The translations under genes were made by a program, and so were the position numbers. A stretch of DNA of 64,000 nt from Oculina patagonica. Its lineage: Eukaryota. The stretch is taken from contig NC_135763.1 of NCBI RefSeq assembly GCF_052425735.1, positions 9,424,001-9,488,000 of the forward strand, written 5' to 3'. Shown in pieces: positions 45,362 through 57,513 of the stretch (position 1 is the stretch's first letter; every line of letters starts with the position of its first letter). The notes below the pieces were generated by a model that searched no databases, was not told the DNA's origin, and saw only the letters and a program-made list of their open reading frames with translations.

Positions 45362-48300
45362 GGTGATTCCCTAGTATTGCATTGCGCATCCTAACTGCGC
45401 AGAATTTTACGCGTAATTAGCGCGCGCACATAAACAAAATGGCGGCATTCTTCTATGCAGCTTGGCTCGCGCGAGAGAGAAATCATCGTTTCCTCGAAAA
45501 CGAGTTCGGTGACCCATCATTTTTTGTCTCTTAGTTCGAAAGAAGCGATTAAATTCTTTCTATGAAATGAATACAAATCAACTTCTATGGTAGAATAATA
45601 CATTATCACCGAAAACGTGTACTTTGCCAGTACTTGCAAAGGAAATATAAGAAATAATATGGTAAGTACAAGTTCTTCCTGCTCCTAAACGAATACGATG
45701 ACCCCCCTTTTTTACTCGTGAATGCATAATGAACGAGTATAGTGGGGAAGTTGAGCCATCCGTCCATCCTTCCATCCATGTTAACATTATGCAAATTAGG
45801 TATGCTCACGGGCGCTTTCTAAATTTCGTTTCCCTCGGCTGTGAATAAAAATACAGCTTTACAAAGGTATCATTTCAAAGAAATAAGTGTAGAAAATACT
45901 TCACCCCTGTAAATGAGAAACAATCCTTTCCCAAACGATGAAATATTGCCTTTTTGCGGGCCCAAGAGAGGCCCGCAACCCTAATTTTGACAGTGACCAG
46001 CGGATTGCGTATTACGCGTGCGCGCCACGTTTATAAAGGCTATCTGCAAACCGGAAGTTGAAAATTTTGTTCTTCCACTAAGAACGATCGGAATGCAAAA
46101 AATGTGTCAATCACGACAGTTTGTCGTAACACCGGAAGAGAAAAATCTTGTCTCCAAGAGCGATAAGAATGCGAAAAATCAACAGTTTGTCACATTAGAT
46201 CGAGGCTTCTGTCGGAAGATTGCAGACATTACGTTTTGCAGACGTTGTTTTATAGGTGTTGCTTTTGAGAAGATCTGCTGTGATTATATCACAGATAAAC
46301 TACGGCAAAGCGAATGATTCCAACAACGGTTATTCTCGAGAAATTCCTTATAACACTGACAACAAAGCGAGTTTGCCGACGGAGGAAAATCAGTTTGTCG
46401 AAACACCGAAAGTTGAAAATCTGTTCATCAAGACGATAAGAATGCGAAGAATGTGTCAATGTCAACAGTTTGTCACATAAGATCGAGGCTTATGTCACAT
46501 GGAAGAAACATTACGTTTTGCAGACGTTGTTCAGGCGTTGGTTTTGAGAAGATTTTCTGTGATTGTATCACAGATAAACCAGAGCAAAACGAATGATTCC
46601 AACAACAGTTATTTAATCTCGAAAAATTCCTTACAACACTGACAACATAGCGAATTCACCGACAGAGTAAAATCATATCTTAGTTGCACCGCGTGCTCGA
46701 TTAAATCATGCATTCCTCGCGTGACGCGTTACTTTTGTCCAGTGATTTGTCAATTATCAATCCGTAATCTTCCACCATGAACGGTTAATGCAAAAGGATC
46801 CGAAAATGTATTGTTCAAACACTGGGAAGTTGAGAATTTTTTTCCCTCACAAAGAACGATTAGAATCCGAAAACAAAAGTTTTTTTGAGGCCCGCACTTT
46901 CTAACCTGTGGTTACCACTAGTCTTACATAATAATCGCGAACATTCGGAAACGATGACCAGTGACTTTATGTATGTGTTATTAAAAGACTTGGAAGGTTA
47001 GAGCACGGCACGATTTATTAAAGGATAATCAGTAAAAGAGTAGCGAAACTTTATACAAGACATATACCTCTTATTAATCGAGCTCGAGGTCCGTACTGTA
47101 AAATACGGACCAATTTTTTTTTCGTCGATTTATGGCCCAAGCGCGAAGCGCTTGGGCCATAAATCGACAGGAAAAAATTGGATCCGTATTTTACTGTACG
47201 GACCGAGGAAACGAGGTTAATAAGATATTTATTATATCTCTCACTCTGGAGAAAAGAAAACATTTCAAGTCAAGCGTGCGGGAAGCGGCTTCGTTTGACT
47301 GACGTACGTCAAAGGCGAAAGGACGAGTGAAATTCATTGGCTTTCGTAAACAATTCGGCCGTTTAATAGCTCGATTGATAAGCGTATAAACATAATTTGA
47401 ATCCAACATTCACTACTTTATTTCTGCAATTAGTTTTACAGTAATTTCAGTGACAGGATGAAAACTAGATACAGTGCAAGTTTCCTTTGGAATAACTTCT
47501 AAAGTTTTTTGCTTGGCAACGAAAGTGCCGCGATTGACAACATGTTTTAGCTTATCAAACTTTCGAAAACTTATAGAAGTGTTTCTGGAAAATACTGAAC
47601 GAGAAAACACGTATAAAGTTTGAAGGAACTACTTGAAAAAAGCCTCAGATATCGCCGTCCACGTAATGCTAAGTTGTGTCTTCCCTAGAGGTGCTAGGTG
47701 CAGCTGATTCATAAAAATGACTTGGCACGGGTTGCTCCCGGGGTTGCTGGATATTAAATTGGAATGTTTGCCGAAGCAAAGAGCGACGGCATTCTGGCTT
47801 GAATACTAAAACTGCTTTGGCTGACTGACATTGTAGTCTGGTTGGAAAAAAAGCTCTTTAAGGCAGCGTTGAATTCGTTGAAAGCTTAAAATGCTGTCTG
47901 GCTCGTACTCAGCTCCGTCGTGTTTGCGTACGTCTTTGAAAAACTTTCCGAGGAGCTTATCGAGGACGTCAGCAGGTACGGTTTCTACATGAAATGTTCC
48001 ATCAGTCTGCTCTTGACAATAATTTTCGAACCGTTTCCATTCACTTTTCGTCTTCTTGACCGTGTTTACAGATTTCTCGGCACTGATGAAACCTTCAAGT
48101 TCTTGACTTGAATCGTGCTCGGGTTGCTCTAAGTCCGCCACATCAGGGAAGGTTTCTCCTTCCAACAGATCACAAAACTTGAATTTAAAGTTCGGTAGAC
48201 CTTCTTCGCTTCGCCTTTGTTCCTCGCTTTTTTCCTCTGACTGCGAACGTTGTAGGAAGTTTTGAAAATCTTCTTCGCGACACATTTCAACTTGCAAAGG

Positions 48301-48800
48301 CGTACGGCATCAGGAGAACTCTCAGTCAAATTTCGCGGGCCGTACTGCAGAATACGGCCCGTAAAATTGACCAATCACAGCGTGCGTACTATCTCAGAGA
48401 TATAATAAAGATATGTATATAATATCCGTGGGAAAAAAATAAGAAGAAAAAAGAATGTTAGCCACAGGGTATGAGAGTCGATCCCGGGTCACACGCTTTA
48501 GAACGCAGAGCTGTACCACTGAGCCATCGGTTTGATGAAAAAAGTAATTCTTATACCTAAGCGACCTGTTATATGTTCACCCTCTTTAAATAAAGTTGAC
48601 TATTATTATTAATCCCTATAATGAATATTTTCCATCGATACTATACTGTTCAAAGGAACGATTCAAATATATCTAACGCATTCACGAGTAGGTCATAGAC
48701 CTCTTTGATTATTTCAAAATTCAACTTCCCTGAAGGTAAACAACCAACTGGCAAAGTTTGGTTGGAAATCTATGAGCAGTTCTATTTCAAGGGAATTACC
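45362..48800. mobile_element. TTAA-flanked Kolobok-like non-autonomous element in the OLF intron, with internal tandem duplications and a nested Crypton
   Basis: ttaa|GGTGATTCCCT ... AGGGAATTACC|ttaa; internal repeat units at about 46050-46680. Confidence 0.55.
47052..48420 (-). mobile_element. Internally deleted Crypton (DUF3504/KCTD1-ZMYM-like tyrosine recombinase N-terminal part)
   Basis: ORF 47806-48297: KSVNTVKKTKSEWKRF...LDKLLGKFFKDVRKHDGAEYEPDS. Subterminal hairpin 47070-47225, echoed by ggccgtactgcagaatacggccc at 48339-48360. Recombinase core is missing. Confidence 0.7.
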
Positions 48801-49027
48801 TTAAGTTAACTTAAGGAAAAATTTTGCTTTCTGAGCCTTGAAGTGCGAAATACAGCAAAAACTACAAAGATTTCCTTTCACATTTGGTGAGAATATTAAA
48901 CCAACGAATTGAAATTCTTATTAGGCATGTTTGACAAGCCATATCAACGAACAAAAAGTGTTTATGATCATAAGAAATATTTCAGCAAGTAATTAGCAGT
49001 TTCTAACCGGTGCAAAATCCTTTCTTC

Positions 49028-49179
49028 CATCGTAATACCCGATTTCCTCTATAGCGCGCGCCTGCAGGGAATCACGGTAGTTGTATTCATCGTTGCTGAG
49101 TCTCGCGCAGGGTTTGATGAATACAACTACCGTGATTCCCTGCAGGCGCGCGCTATAGAGGGAATCGGGTATTGAGATG
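49028..49179. repeat. Near-perfect palindrome of about 150 bp (foldback MITE)
   Basis: AATACCCGATTTCCTCTATAGCGCGCGCCTGCAGGGAATCACGGTAGTTGTATTCATC and its reverse complement. Confidence 0.8.
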
Positions 49180-50235
49180 CCTCGCGAGCTTACAGCACAA
49201 CAACAGTGACGTCATAATTGGTGTTTTTGCAACCTCGCTGGGGACGAGGTTGGTGTTTACGACAATTTTCGACAATTTTCTTGAGCGCTCTACGATTATA
49301 CAGGTCAAAACTGATAAGCATTTTTAACTTGACATATTTCTGCTGTGTAAAGTATAATTACCTTGAAACTTCGGAATATGTTTATTTGGTTCTTAATAAG
49401 CACTTCAGTTTAAAATTAAAAAAAATCGAAATTTCGGTTCATTTGACCTTTAAGTTCTTAGCGGAAGTAAATCAAAGCTGAACACACAATCGAGGGATGG
49501 GAGCTCGAAGTTGTCTAAAAAAATAATGTTGTGCGAGAAAGAAAAAGGAGGAAGAGTTAGATATTGAGTGTGTGGTGCTTTCGAAGGGTCTCTTTCTTCA
49601 GTATTCCACTATATATCTGTGTGCGTGTGCTCGTTCGCACGTTGTTTGTACAGGTCGACTAAGAAATGTGCAAGAGGTACAATGCGCGTGCAAAGCTATT
49701 GTTTCCGTTAAACTCTTTTTGTTTGGCGACGTTGTCGCTGCTGTTAAATACAGTTGTTTCAAGAAAGGTTGTCATGCATAAGCGTAAAAGCGTACGCGAC
49801 AATATCGACGAAGATTTGTGCGATTTCTCTCAAGGAAGATTGAGTCTTGATTCTCTCATTATGCATGTTCACCTTAATGATCCTCTTTTCGAGGGCTGGT
49901 TAAGTTGCTTAAGTACTGCATAAGTGACAATGACACAATGGTTGTGAGTGGCAGGGAAGCGCGACTTGGTTCTAGGGGCCCAGGAGGGGGCGCTCCTGGA
50001 AGGAGTACAGATCAGGTGGTACCGGGAGTAGCCACCCTGGGCTAAATGTTCTAGACCTGCCGCCAGGGCTGAGGCCACTATCCCACAGTCCCGTGGGATT
50101 ATGGGAACCAGGAGGAGGAGCGAGACATTAGAGCTAGGATTACCTATCAGATAACTAAAAAGTAGTCTCTGAATAAAGTCGGTTACTGAGCCAAATGTGC
50201 GTAGCTGTCTTGAGTGGTTTCTCTTGGGTCTTATT

Positions 50236-50513
50236 ATTGCGGTTTTCAGTGAAATGCGAACTCTGAAATTCAATCCTCAATTTTTTGCTGCCGTCAATCA
50301 TCTTAGCGGACCATCTCGGGAAACACACGTTCACTTCAACTGGGTCAAAAGATCACGTCTCTCGATTGTGATTGGTAGATTTCGATCCATTTTGTTTGTT
50401 TCTGTTTTTCATGGTTCGTTAGCTGTCGCCATAATTATGATTGACGGCAGCGAGAACGCAATCGTTAGTTGGATTTTGAATTTCAGAGTTTGCATTTCAT
50501 TGAAAACCGCAAT
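50236..50513. mobile_element. MITE
   Basis: ATTGCGGTTTTCAGTGAAATGCGAACTCTGAAATTCAA ... TTGAATTTCAGAGTTTGCATTTCATTGAAAACCGCAAT. Confidence 0.7.
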
Positions 50514-52164
50514 AACATCAGTTTATAGTTACAATAAACTTAAACAAAAAAGGTCTTTGAAAATTGGTCATTGCGGAAAACAACGCTAGAAGTACCAAAA
50601 AATAAAACAAATATATTCACTTCTTACCGTATGTTTCACACAATTGGCCAGTAAATGCTGCAGGGCAATCACAGATGAATCGTTTTCCATTCGTCTCACA
50701 GTTTTCTCGACATGTTCCTCCATTAAGGCACGGCTGATCACTGCAACAACGGTTGATACACTGGGTACAAGGAGACGAGGAGGACGCAGTCTGGTTCAGA
50801 GAAGGAAATAGTTACATCTTGTTTGTATGGCAAAGTACAAATTTTCCCTATCATCCCCTAAAAATTTTGTCAATTACTATTATTTTAGGAGAATTCCAAT
50901 TGGTGATCATGTCAAGTGTGGTATTCAGACCTCATGATCCACTGCAGTCAGTAGCTTGGTACATTTAAGGAGGCATAAGATACTGCCTGGTGAAAGGATA
51001 AAGAAAAACACAATGGTGTGCGTAAAATATATGTAAAATAATTTTCTTTCCCCTTCCCCTGAGATCTTCTTACCTTAACACTGTAGTCAATAACCACATC
51101 ATAGTACTGTGAACCTTTCATTGGCTTCAGCGCACCGGGCTTTAGATGTCTGTTTTCTTCATTCAGCTGACAGTTGCTCTGATTCACATTCGTCAGGAAG
51201 TTGAACGAGATGCAACGACAGTTTGGTTGACATGACTGATAGCAATTCAACACTCCTACCACGGACACATTTTCAAACACATGCCCAATAAGAGCTTAAC
51301 CATCGGCCATGTTCTCTCCAATAACGAAGCGAGATGTAGCAGAACATTTTCCATTCCTGCAAGTGCCAGAGATGACTACGATGCAAAATCCAGCAGCTAG
51401 GAACAATGGGATAATGATCCTATGGAGACAGGCTTGAAATTTTCCCCTAGCAAAGTAAAGGTTATAATTTCACTGAAGGTAACCGAAGATTAACGAAGTT
51501 TTCCTAGGATTTCCAAGGAAGATCTGAAGATGTTTCATTTTTCGGCCCATTCAGCGTTTAAACATTTAATACAAACTCGTTAAAAAACATGACGTCATCG
51601 ATATCTTCACGACTTTTCTCAATGATAAATCTTTGATAAAGATACCTCTGTTGCTATGAAATTGCATGAAAATGCTTAAAAATCTTGTATTACCTTCAAA
51701 GGTAACTTAGCATATATTTAGGGAAATTTTCTTAAGTAATAAGTAATTTTTCTTTACTTACATCATCTCAACTTGGTAAGAAACTTGCCGATGTTGAAGA
51801 GATGTTTTGTTTTCCTTTGTAAATAATTAATGTCCTTCTTGTGTGAAGATGTTTTTCTTGTGTCTTGTCAGTCGAAGACTAAAGATAAGAGAGAAATTAA
51901 AATATATATATATATATGGGTCGCACTCTGCGGACAAGTTTGGTAACATTTTGTGGATACCCACCGAAATCCTCAGAAAATTACCGTCCATTTGCAATTT
52001 ACAAGATCTCTGTTTTAATGTTAAAGTATTTTGTGGATTAGCTGCGCGCTGTGCGGAATGCAGCAAGATTCTGCACCACTTAGTGACTGCTGCTACTACT
52101 TTACTTTATTGGGAGGGTTTCAGCTGACTACAACCTCTAAGTTTCATCAACTATATAGCTAAAT

Positions 52165-52552
52165 AGACCTTATCACGGTTGTCGACGCCATCTTGAAGGC
52201 TAGAAAACACGGTTAGAAATAACAGTGTTTGTATGGGAATCCAACGGCAAATATCTTTTTCCAAAATTGAATTCTGGACAACTTATGAATGTAAAGTTAA
52301 GATACTAGGCAAAAGTCGTTATTCGCCAAGTTTGAAGGTTGTCGCTGGGCTAGAAAGCGTTCAGTTACGTTTTTATTTTCTTATACATTTGTCTTTATTT
52401 TTTCCCGCGAACCGCGTCAATTTGCGGAAAAAAATATAAACAAATGTATGGAAAATTAAAAACATAACTGAACGCTTTCTAGCCCAACTACATCCTTTAA
52501 ACTTGGTGAATAACGACTTTTGCCTAGTATCTTAACTTTACAATTCATAAGC
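52165..52552. mobile_element. Truncated MITE (AT|AGACC start) with an internal palindrome at 52283-52550
   Basis: ttatgaatgtaaagttaagatactaggcaaaagtcgttattc and its inverse. Confidence 0.55.
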
Positions 52553-52890
52553 TTCAGTATTTAAGTAAAATTCGACGCGGTTTGCGGTTTTGAAGCGTAT
52601 TTCTGTGCGGTTTTGCGATTTTCGGACCCCCCCCCCCCCCACCTGTCCGCGGGTGCGACCTGCGCCTTCTATAGTAAACGAAATAGATATTTTAATCAAT
52701 AATAAAACCTAAGAATTGTAGAAGTATTTTGTTAGAAATTATTAAGTTGTACCAACTACAATAAATGCCTTACACACTTCGCGTTTTTGTTTTCCATTTC
52801 AGTCATTGATGATTTTTTTTTTTTTTTTTCAAAAAAAATAGCTGACACAATAGGGCCTTATTGGCGAGATGTTTCCAGCGAAACGTTTAA

Positions 52891-55800
52891 GGAGGGCAAA
52901 ATTTCAAGGAACCTTCACAAAACCATTAACGGACGAAAGAAAAAGCGTTTTTCTGAAAAGCATAGTTTGTTTCAATTTGTCGAAGCAAGGCAACTTCACT
53001 TTGCATTCTGTTTTCGACCTATCTTGAATCATCCAAAAACATTAGAGGGTCTCAATGGGGCTAACCGTTTGCCGTAAAACGGCCAAAAATTTACTAGCCG
53101 TTTGCCGTAAAAATTGAAAAGTTTTAACCGTTAGCCGTAAAATATGTTAACCGTAAAAAACCAGTCAGTAATTTTAAATAAAACATACACTTCATCGTCC
53201 CAGAGTGGTCCTAAAGCCAAAAATATGTTTTTGAATAATGGAAATTTTTTTTAATTAACTTTTAAAAACAATGGAAATTAATTTTTAACTTCTGTTAACC
53301 ATAATGGAAAAAAATTGACCGTTAGTCCGTAAAACAGCTAAAATTTTAACCGTTAACCTTAAAAGCCACCACCCCATTGAGAGACCCTCACAGTAGGTGA
53401 CCTTTGTTAAAAGTTTAAAAAGTGAAAGTTTGAAAGTGAAAAAGTTACCGTATTTTTAGTACGGCTAAAATTTCAACTTATTACTATATAGCGAACTAGT
53501 ATTAAAGAGGATATGTCACGGTATTTTAGGCAATTTTATTTATTTTCGTTAAAAAAGAGCTTTAAACTTTAAATTGGCAGAGCAAAAGAAAAATCGCAGC
53601 CACATAACAAACAAGGTTACGAGCATTGTTAATGACACTTTCATACAAATTGAGATAAACTTGAAAAAAGTCGGGCCGACGTTTTTCAAGTTTACCCGAA
53701 CGCAATCCGTTTTAATTCTTAAATAGTCGGTCAGTGCCAAATTGCCTAAAATTGCGTGACATATTCCCTTTCAGGGTGGCACACCCAACAGATCTTTGTT
53801 AATAATTAAATGAACCTAAATACACCTGGCAAACGATGTGTTAAAATATGTTTTTTTTCTTGATGATGCAAAATATTCGACAGAAAAATCCTAGTAAAAT
53901 CGAGCAGTTTCAGTATTCCTTTCAATAGAGGAGAGCAAAATTAAAAATTCCCCCCATATGTTATGAAGGGTAGCCTGAAATTTAAGTGAAAAAACTCGGA
54001 GAAAAATGGAAAGAATTTATCTTCTCGTTGATGCTTTCTTGAGACTTCTCGAACTGAAGGCTAGCCTGGTAGAGGGTTAAAAACTAAAGCAAAAAAATAA
54101 GAAAAGGGAAAAGCGAAACTGAGGGAAAAATGGAAAGTCGAAAGAGGTGGGTTCCTTTCACGTCCATGATTATTTACAAACAATTGATGATTATCACTTA
54201 AAATGACTCAATTAAAAAAATAAATTTAGCTTCACAACATAAAAAGTAATCACCACTTTTCCAACAACGTCAAACTAAACGAAGCAGTTGAGCTATGATT
54301 GCACAGCGACGCGCGTGCAACCTGCATGTTTCGAATGGGGCAAACTTTGTCAAAACGGAAAAAACTTTAGGTTTTGAACGCTCACACGGGACCGGCTGTT
54401 AATAAATCGGTCCCGAGTAAACATATTTTTTGGAACCGGTCCCATCTGTGGCTTCAGATAAGAATAAATTTCTCTGTACATGCAGAGATATATATTGTGG
54501 ACGTGAAAGCGAGATATTTTGCTTCTTGTCGTCCATTACCTTGCCTGCTGGAAGCGGAACGCCTCGTTTACTTCACACGACAGATTTAGGAATTTTTTTG
54601 CCTCCTTCAGCCCAAAAATTTTGGATTTTTTCGCATATTATCTGACATTATATTCATTTCCGTTATACGTTAGAAAATATTGTTGTACCTGAAAAGTGGT
54701 CTCTTCGGTTTGTAACACTCCAACAGTGTGATTCACAGCTTTGCCGGAACGACTTGAAGACTAAAATGATGTACGTGGGTATCACAACCGACGAAATGAA
54801 ACAAATAAAAAGACCACAACTACAAAATTTACCTCATGCAGCTAAAGCAATCAAATAAAATCGGTTACTAAAGTGACGCATTGTTTGTTAAAAATAATTA
54901 TCAATGTTCTCATTATGCTGGCGGTAACATGCTGGGGAAAGCATTGCAAGAACTATTCAGATTAGCCTGCGTGCTAATTTCCTTAAATTTTCGAAAATCT
55001 AAGGTTAGTCTGAAACCGCTTCGGAGAAATTTTTTTCACTTTGCAAAAAGTTGTATCTTAATATGCTGATCATTATTCAATAATAAAAAAGGGGGAAACC
55101 GGACTTGTTTTTGAGTTAAAAGCACTTAAAGCTGAAATTAAGGGTTTTTTTTGGAGGTAATTCCGTTGCTATGGTTACCACTGACGTCGAGAGAATAACC
55201 ACAATTTGTTTATCAATGATTGGGCATTTGTTTGATACCATTTTTGCCGTGGTAACTGATAAATGTTTGTAGTACTGACAAATCAAAGTATGAGAGCTGG
55301 AAAGTGCTAGAAACTAATGTGAGCCTCCTTAAGGAGGGCAAAATTCAAGGAACCAAGCAAGGTCCACTTTTTTCACAAAACCATTTACAGGCGAAAGAAA
55401 AAGCAATTTTCTGAAAAACATAGATCGACGTTTTAGTCGTTTTAGTTTACGTGCAAAACGCGGCAACTTCACTTTGCGTTTTGTTTTCGACTTATCTTGA
55501 ATCATTTAAAAACAGAAGGCGACCTTTGTTAAAAGTTTAAAAAGTGAAGGTTTAAACGTGAAAAATTTGCTATATTTTCAGTACGCCTAAAAATTTTAAC
55601 TTATTACTATATAGCGAAAATATTGAAAGTGGCACACCCAACAGATCTTTGTTAATAATTAAATGAACCCAAATACACCTGGCACGCGGTGTGTTAAAAT
55701 ATGTTTCTCTTGATGATGTGAACAGAAAAATCCTAGTAAAATCGAGCAGTTTAAGTATTCCTTTCATTATAGGGGAGCAAAAAATTCCCCTAAATGTTAT

Positions 55801-56782
55801 GAAGGGTAGTCTGAAATTTAAGAGAAAACTAACAAGGAGAAAATTTTCTTCTTCTACCCTTCGCTACTCCATGGTAAGAATTTTTCTTCTCGTTGGTGCT
55901 TTCTCGAGAATTCTCGAACTGAAGGCAAGCCCGGTAGAGGGTCTAAAACTAAAGCAAAAAGATAAGAAAAAGGAAAAAGCGAAACTGAGGAAAAAATAGA
56001 AAGTCGAAAGAGGTGGGTTCATTTCTCGTTCAAGATTATTTACAAACTAATTATGAACTAAAATGACTCAATTTTAACATTTTTTAGCTTCACAACATAA
56101 AAATTAACCACCACTTTATAAACAAGGTCAAACTAAAAGAGGTATTTGTGCTATGATTTCCCAGTGACTCGCTTGAAACCTGCAAGTTTCGAATGGGGCA
56201 AATTTTTTCAAAACAGACAAAACTTTAGGCTTTGAACGTTCATAAGGGACCGGTTCCAAATGGATCGGTGGCTTCAGGTCAGAATTTGTCTCTGATCAAC
56301 CATTGTGCATGTAGATGTGTATATCGTGGACGTGGAAGCGAGATGTTTAGCTACTTACGGCCCATTGCCTTGCCTGTTAGAAACGGCAACGCTTCCAACG
56401 CCCGAGGAAGTTAGGAAATTTTTTCATTTCCTTCACCCAAAAAACTTAGGATTTTTTTTCGCATAATATCTGGCTTTAAATTGTATTCCCACCATACGAC
56501 ATAAAATGTTTTTATACCTGAAGAGTGGATCTCTTTGGTTTGTAACACTCCAACACTGTGATTTCAGCTTTGAGCGACTAGAAGACCAACCTAACTCGAA
56601 GAGAAACAAATAAAAAGACCACAATTACAAAATTAACATCAGGCAGCTTAAACAGTGAAATTAATTCGGTTATTTAAATGACGCATTGTTTGTTAAGATA
56701 ATTTTTCAATGTTCTCATTGTACCGGCGTTAACCTCATGTTGGGAAAAGTATTGCAAGAACTATTCAAATTAGTCTGCGTGT
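52891..56782 (+). mobile_element. Two head-to-tail copies of a Kolobok-like element sharing one TTAA (52891-55328; 55333-56782, truncated)
   Basis: ttaa|GGAGG ... CCTCC|ttaa|GGAGG. The copies are collinear over about 1.45 kb; copy 1 carries extra MITEs at about 53045-53389 and 53505-53770. Confidence 0.6.
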
Positions 56783-56809
56783 AGCTGTATAAATAGGAGA
56801 CTTCTGTAC

Positions 56810-56995
56810 TGTCAAGAATTGTAATAACTGTCATGAATTGTAATACCTGTCGTAAATTGTAATAACAGTTGTCGTGAATTGTAATACCTGTCGTAAATTG
56901 TAATAACAGTTGTCGTGAGTTTTAATAACCCACTTATCGCAAATTGTAATAACATGTTGCTGTAATTTGTGATACTCCGAGCTGTCATAAATTGT
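56810..56995. repeat. Minisatellite of about 19-21 bp (TGTCGTRAATTGTAATAAC)
   Basis: Direct tandem repeats. Confidence 0.8.
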
Positions 56996-57513
56996 CATTA
57001 CCTATTGCCGTGTTTTGTAATATATAGTTCTTTAACATGAGAATTAGCAATCGTACAGAAGAAATCCCGTTTTCGTTTTAGTTTTTTTTGGTGCAAACTA
57101 TGAACTGGAGAGTTTATAAGTAACCGTTGAAGCGCGCGCTGAAAAATAAGTTTACAAGAACGCGCGCGCATAGCAACCGTGGAGACTACCATGGCAACCA
57201 GAAAACTGTTTGCTTTCCGCCAAATCTGCGACAATCCAAAGTTTGTAAAATGTGTCATCGGCAAAGAAATGCTTGTTTGGATTCAGAGTGAAAAAGTCAT
57301 TCTTTTTGTTTTCGGTGAACGAAAACTGCATGATTTGTTGAGAAAAGTTAAATGTCTTTTAATTAAAAGAAACTCTATCTTACTGATTCAAAGTTAAAAA
57401 TTATCGAGTGCGAGAAAAGAAAACGAAAAACAGTTTTATAAACGTGAGCAAATCTTACCTTGTCGTTTGGCAGTTTGTGTAACATCCGATAACAGAAAGA
57501 AAACTGACAACGC

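Larger units (their letters stand above)
39682..51766 (-). pseudogene. Secreted PAN/apple-EGF-olfactomedin gene with one in-frame TAA; exons 51762-51766, 51074-51446, 50628-50790, 44406-44673, 43636-43877, 39682-39929
   Basis: All five introns are GT-AG and phase-compatible; 1299 nt = 433 codons. Signal peptide MMGKFQACLHRIIIPLFLAAGFCIVVISG; PAN (C...C...CRCISFNF...CQLN); EGF (CCSDQPCLNGGTC...CDCPAAFTGQLCE); OLF (GAWMKDP, DLAVDEQGLWV, GNAFVACGVIY, MLDYNPRERVLYAWDN). TAA at 51296-51298. Confidence 0.8.
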
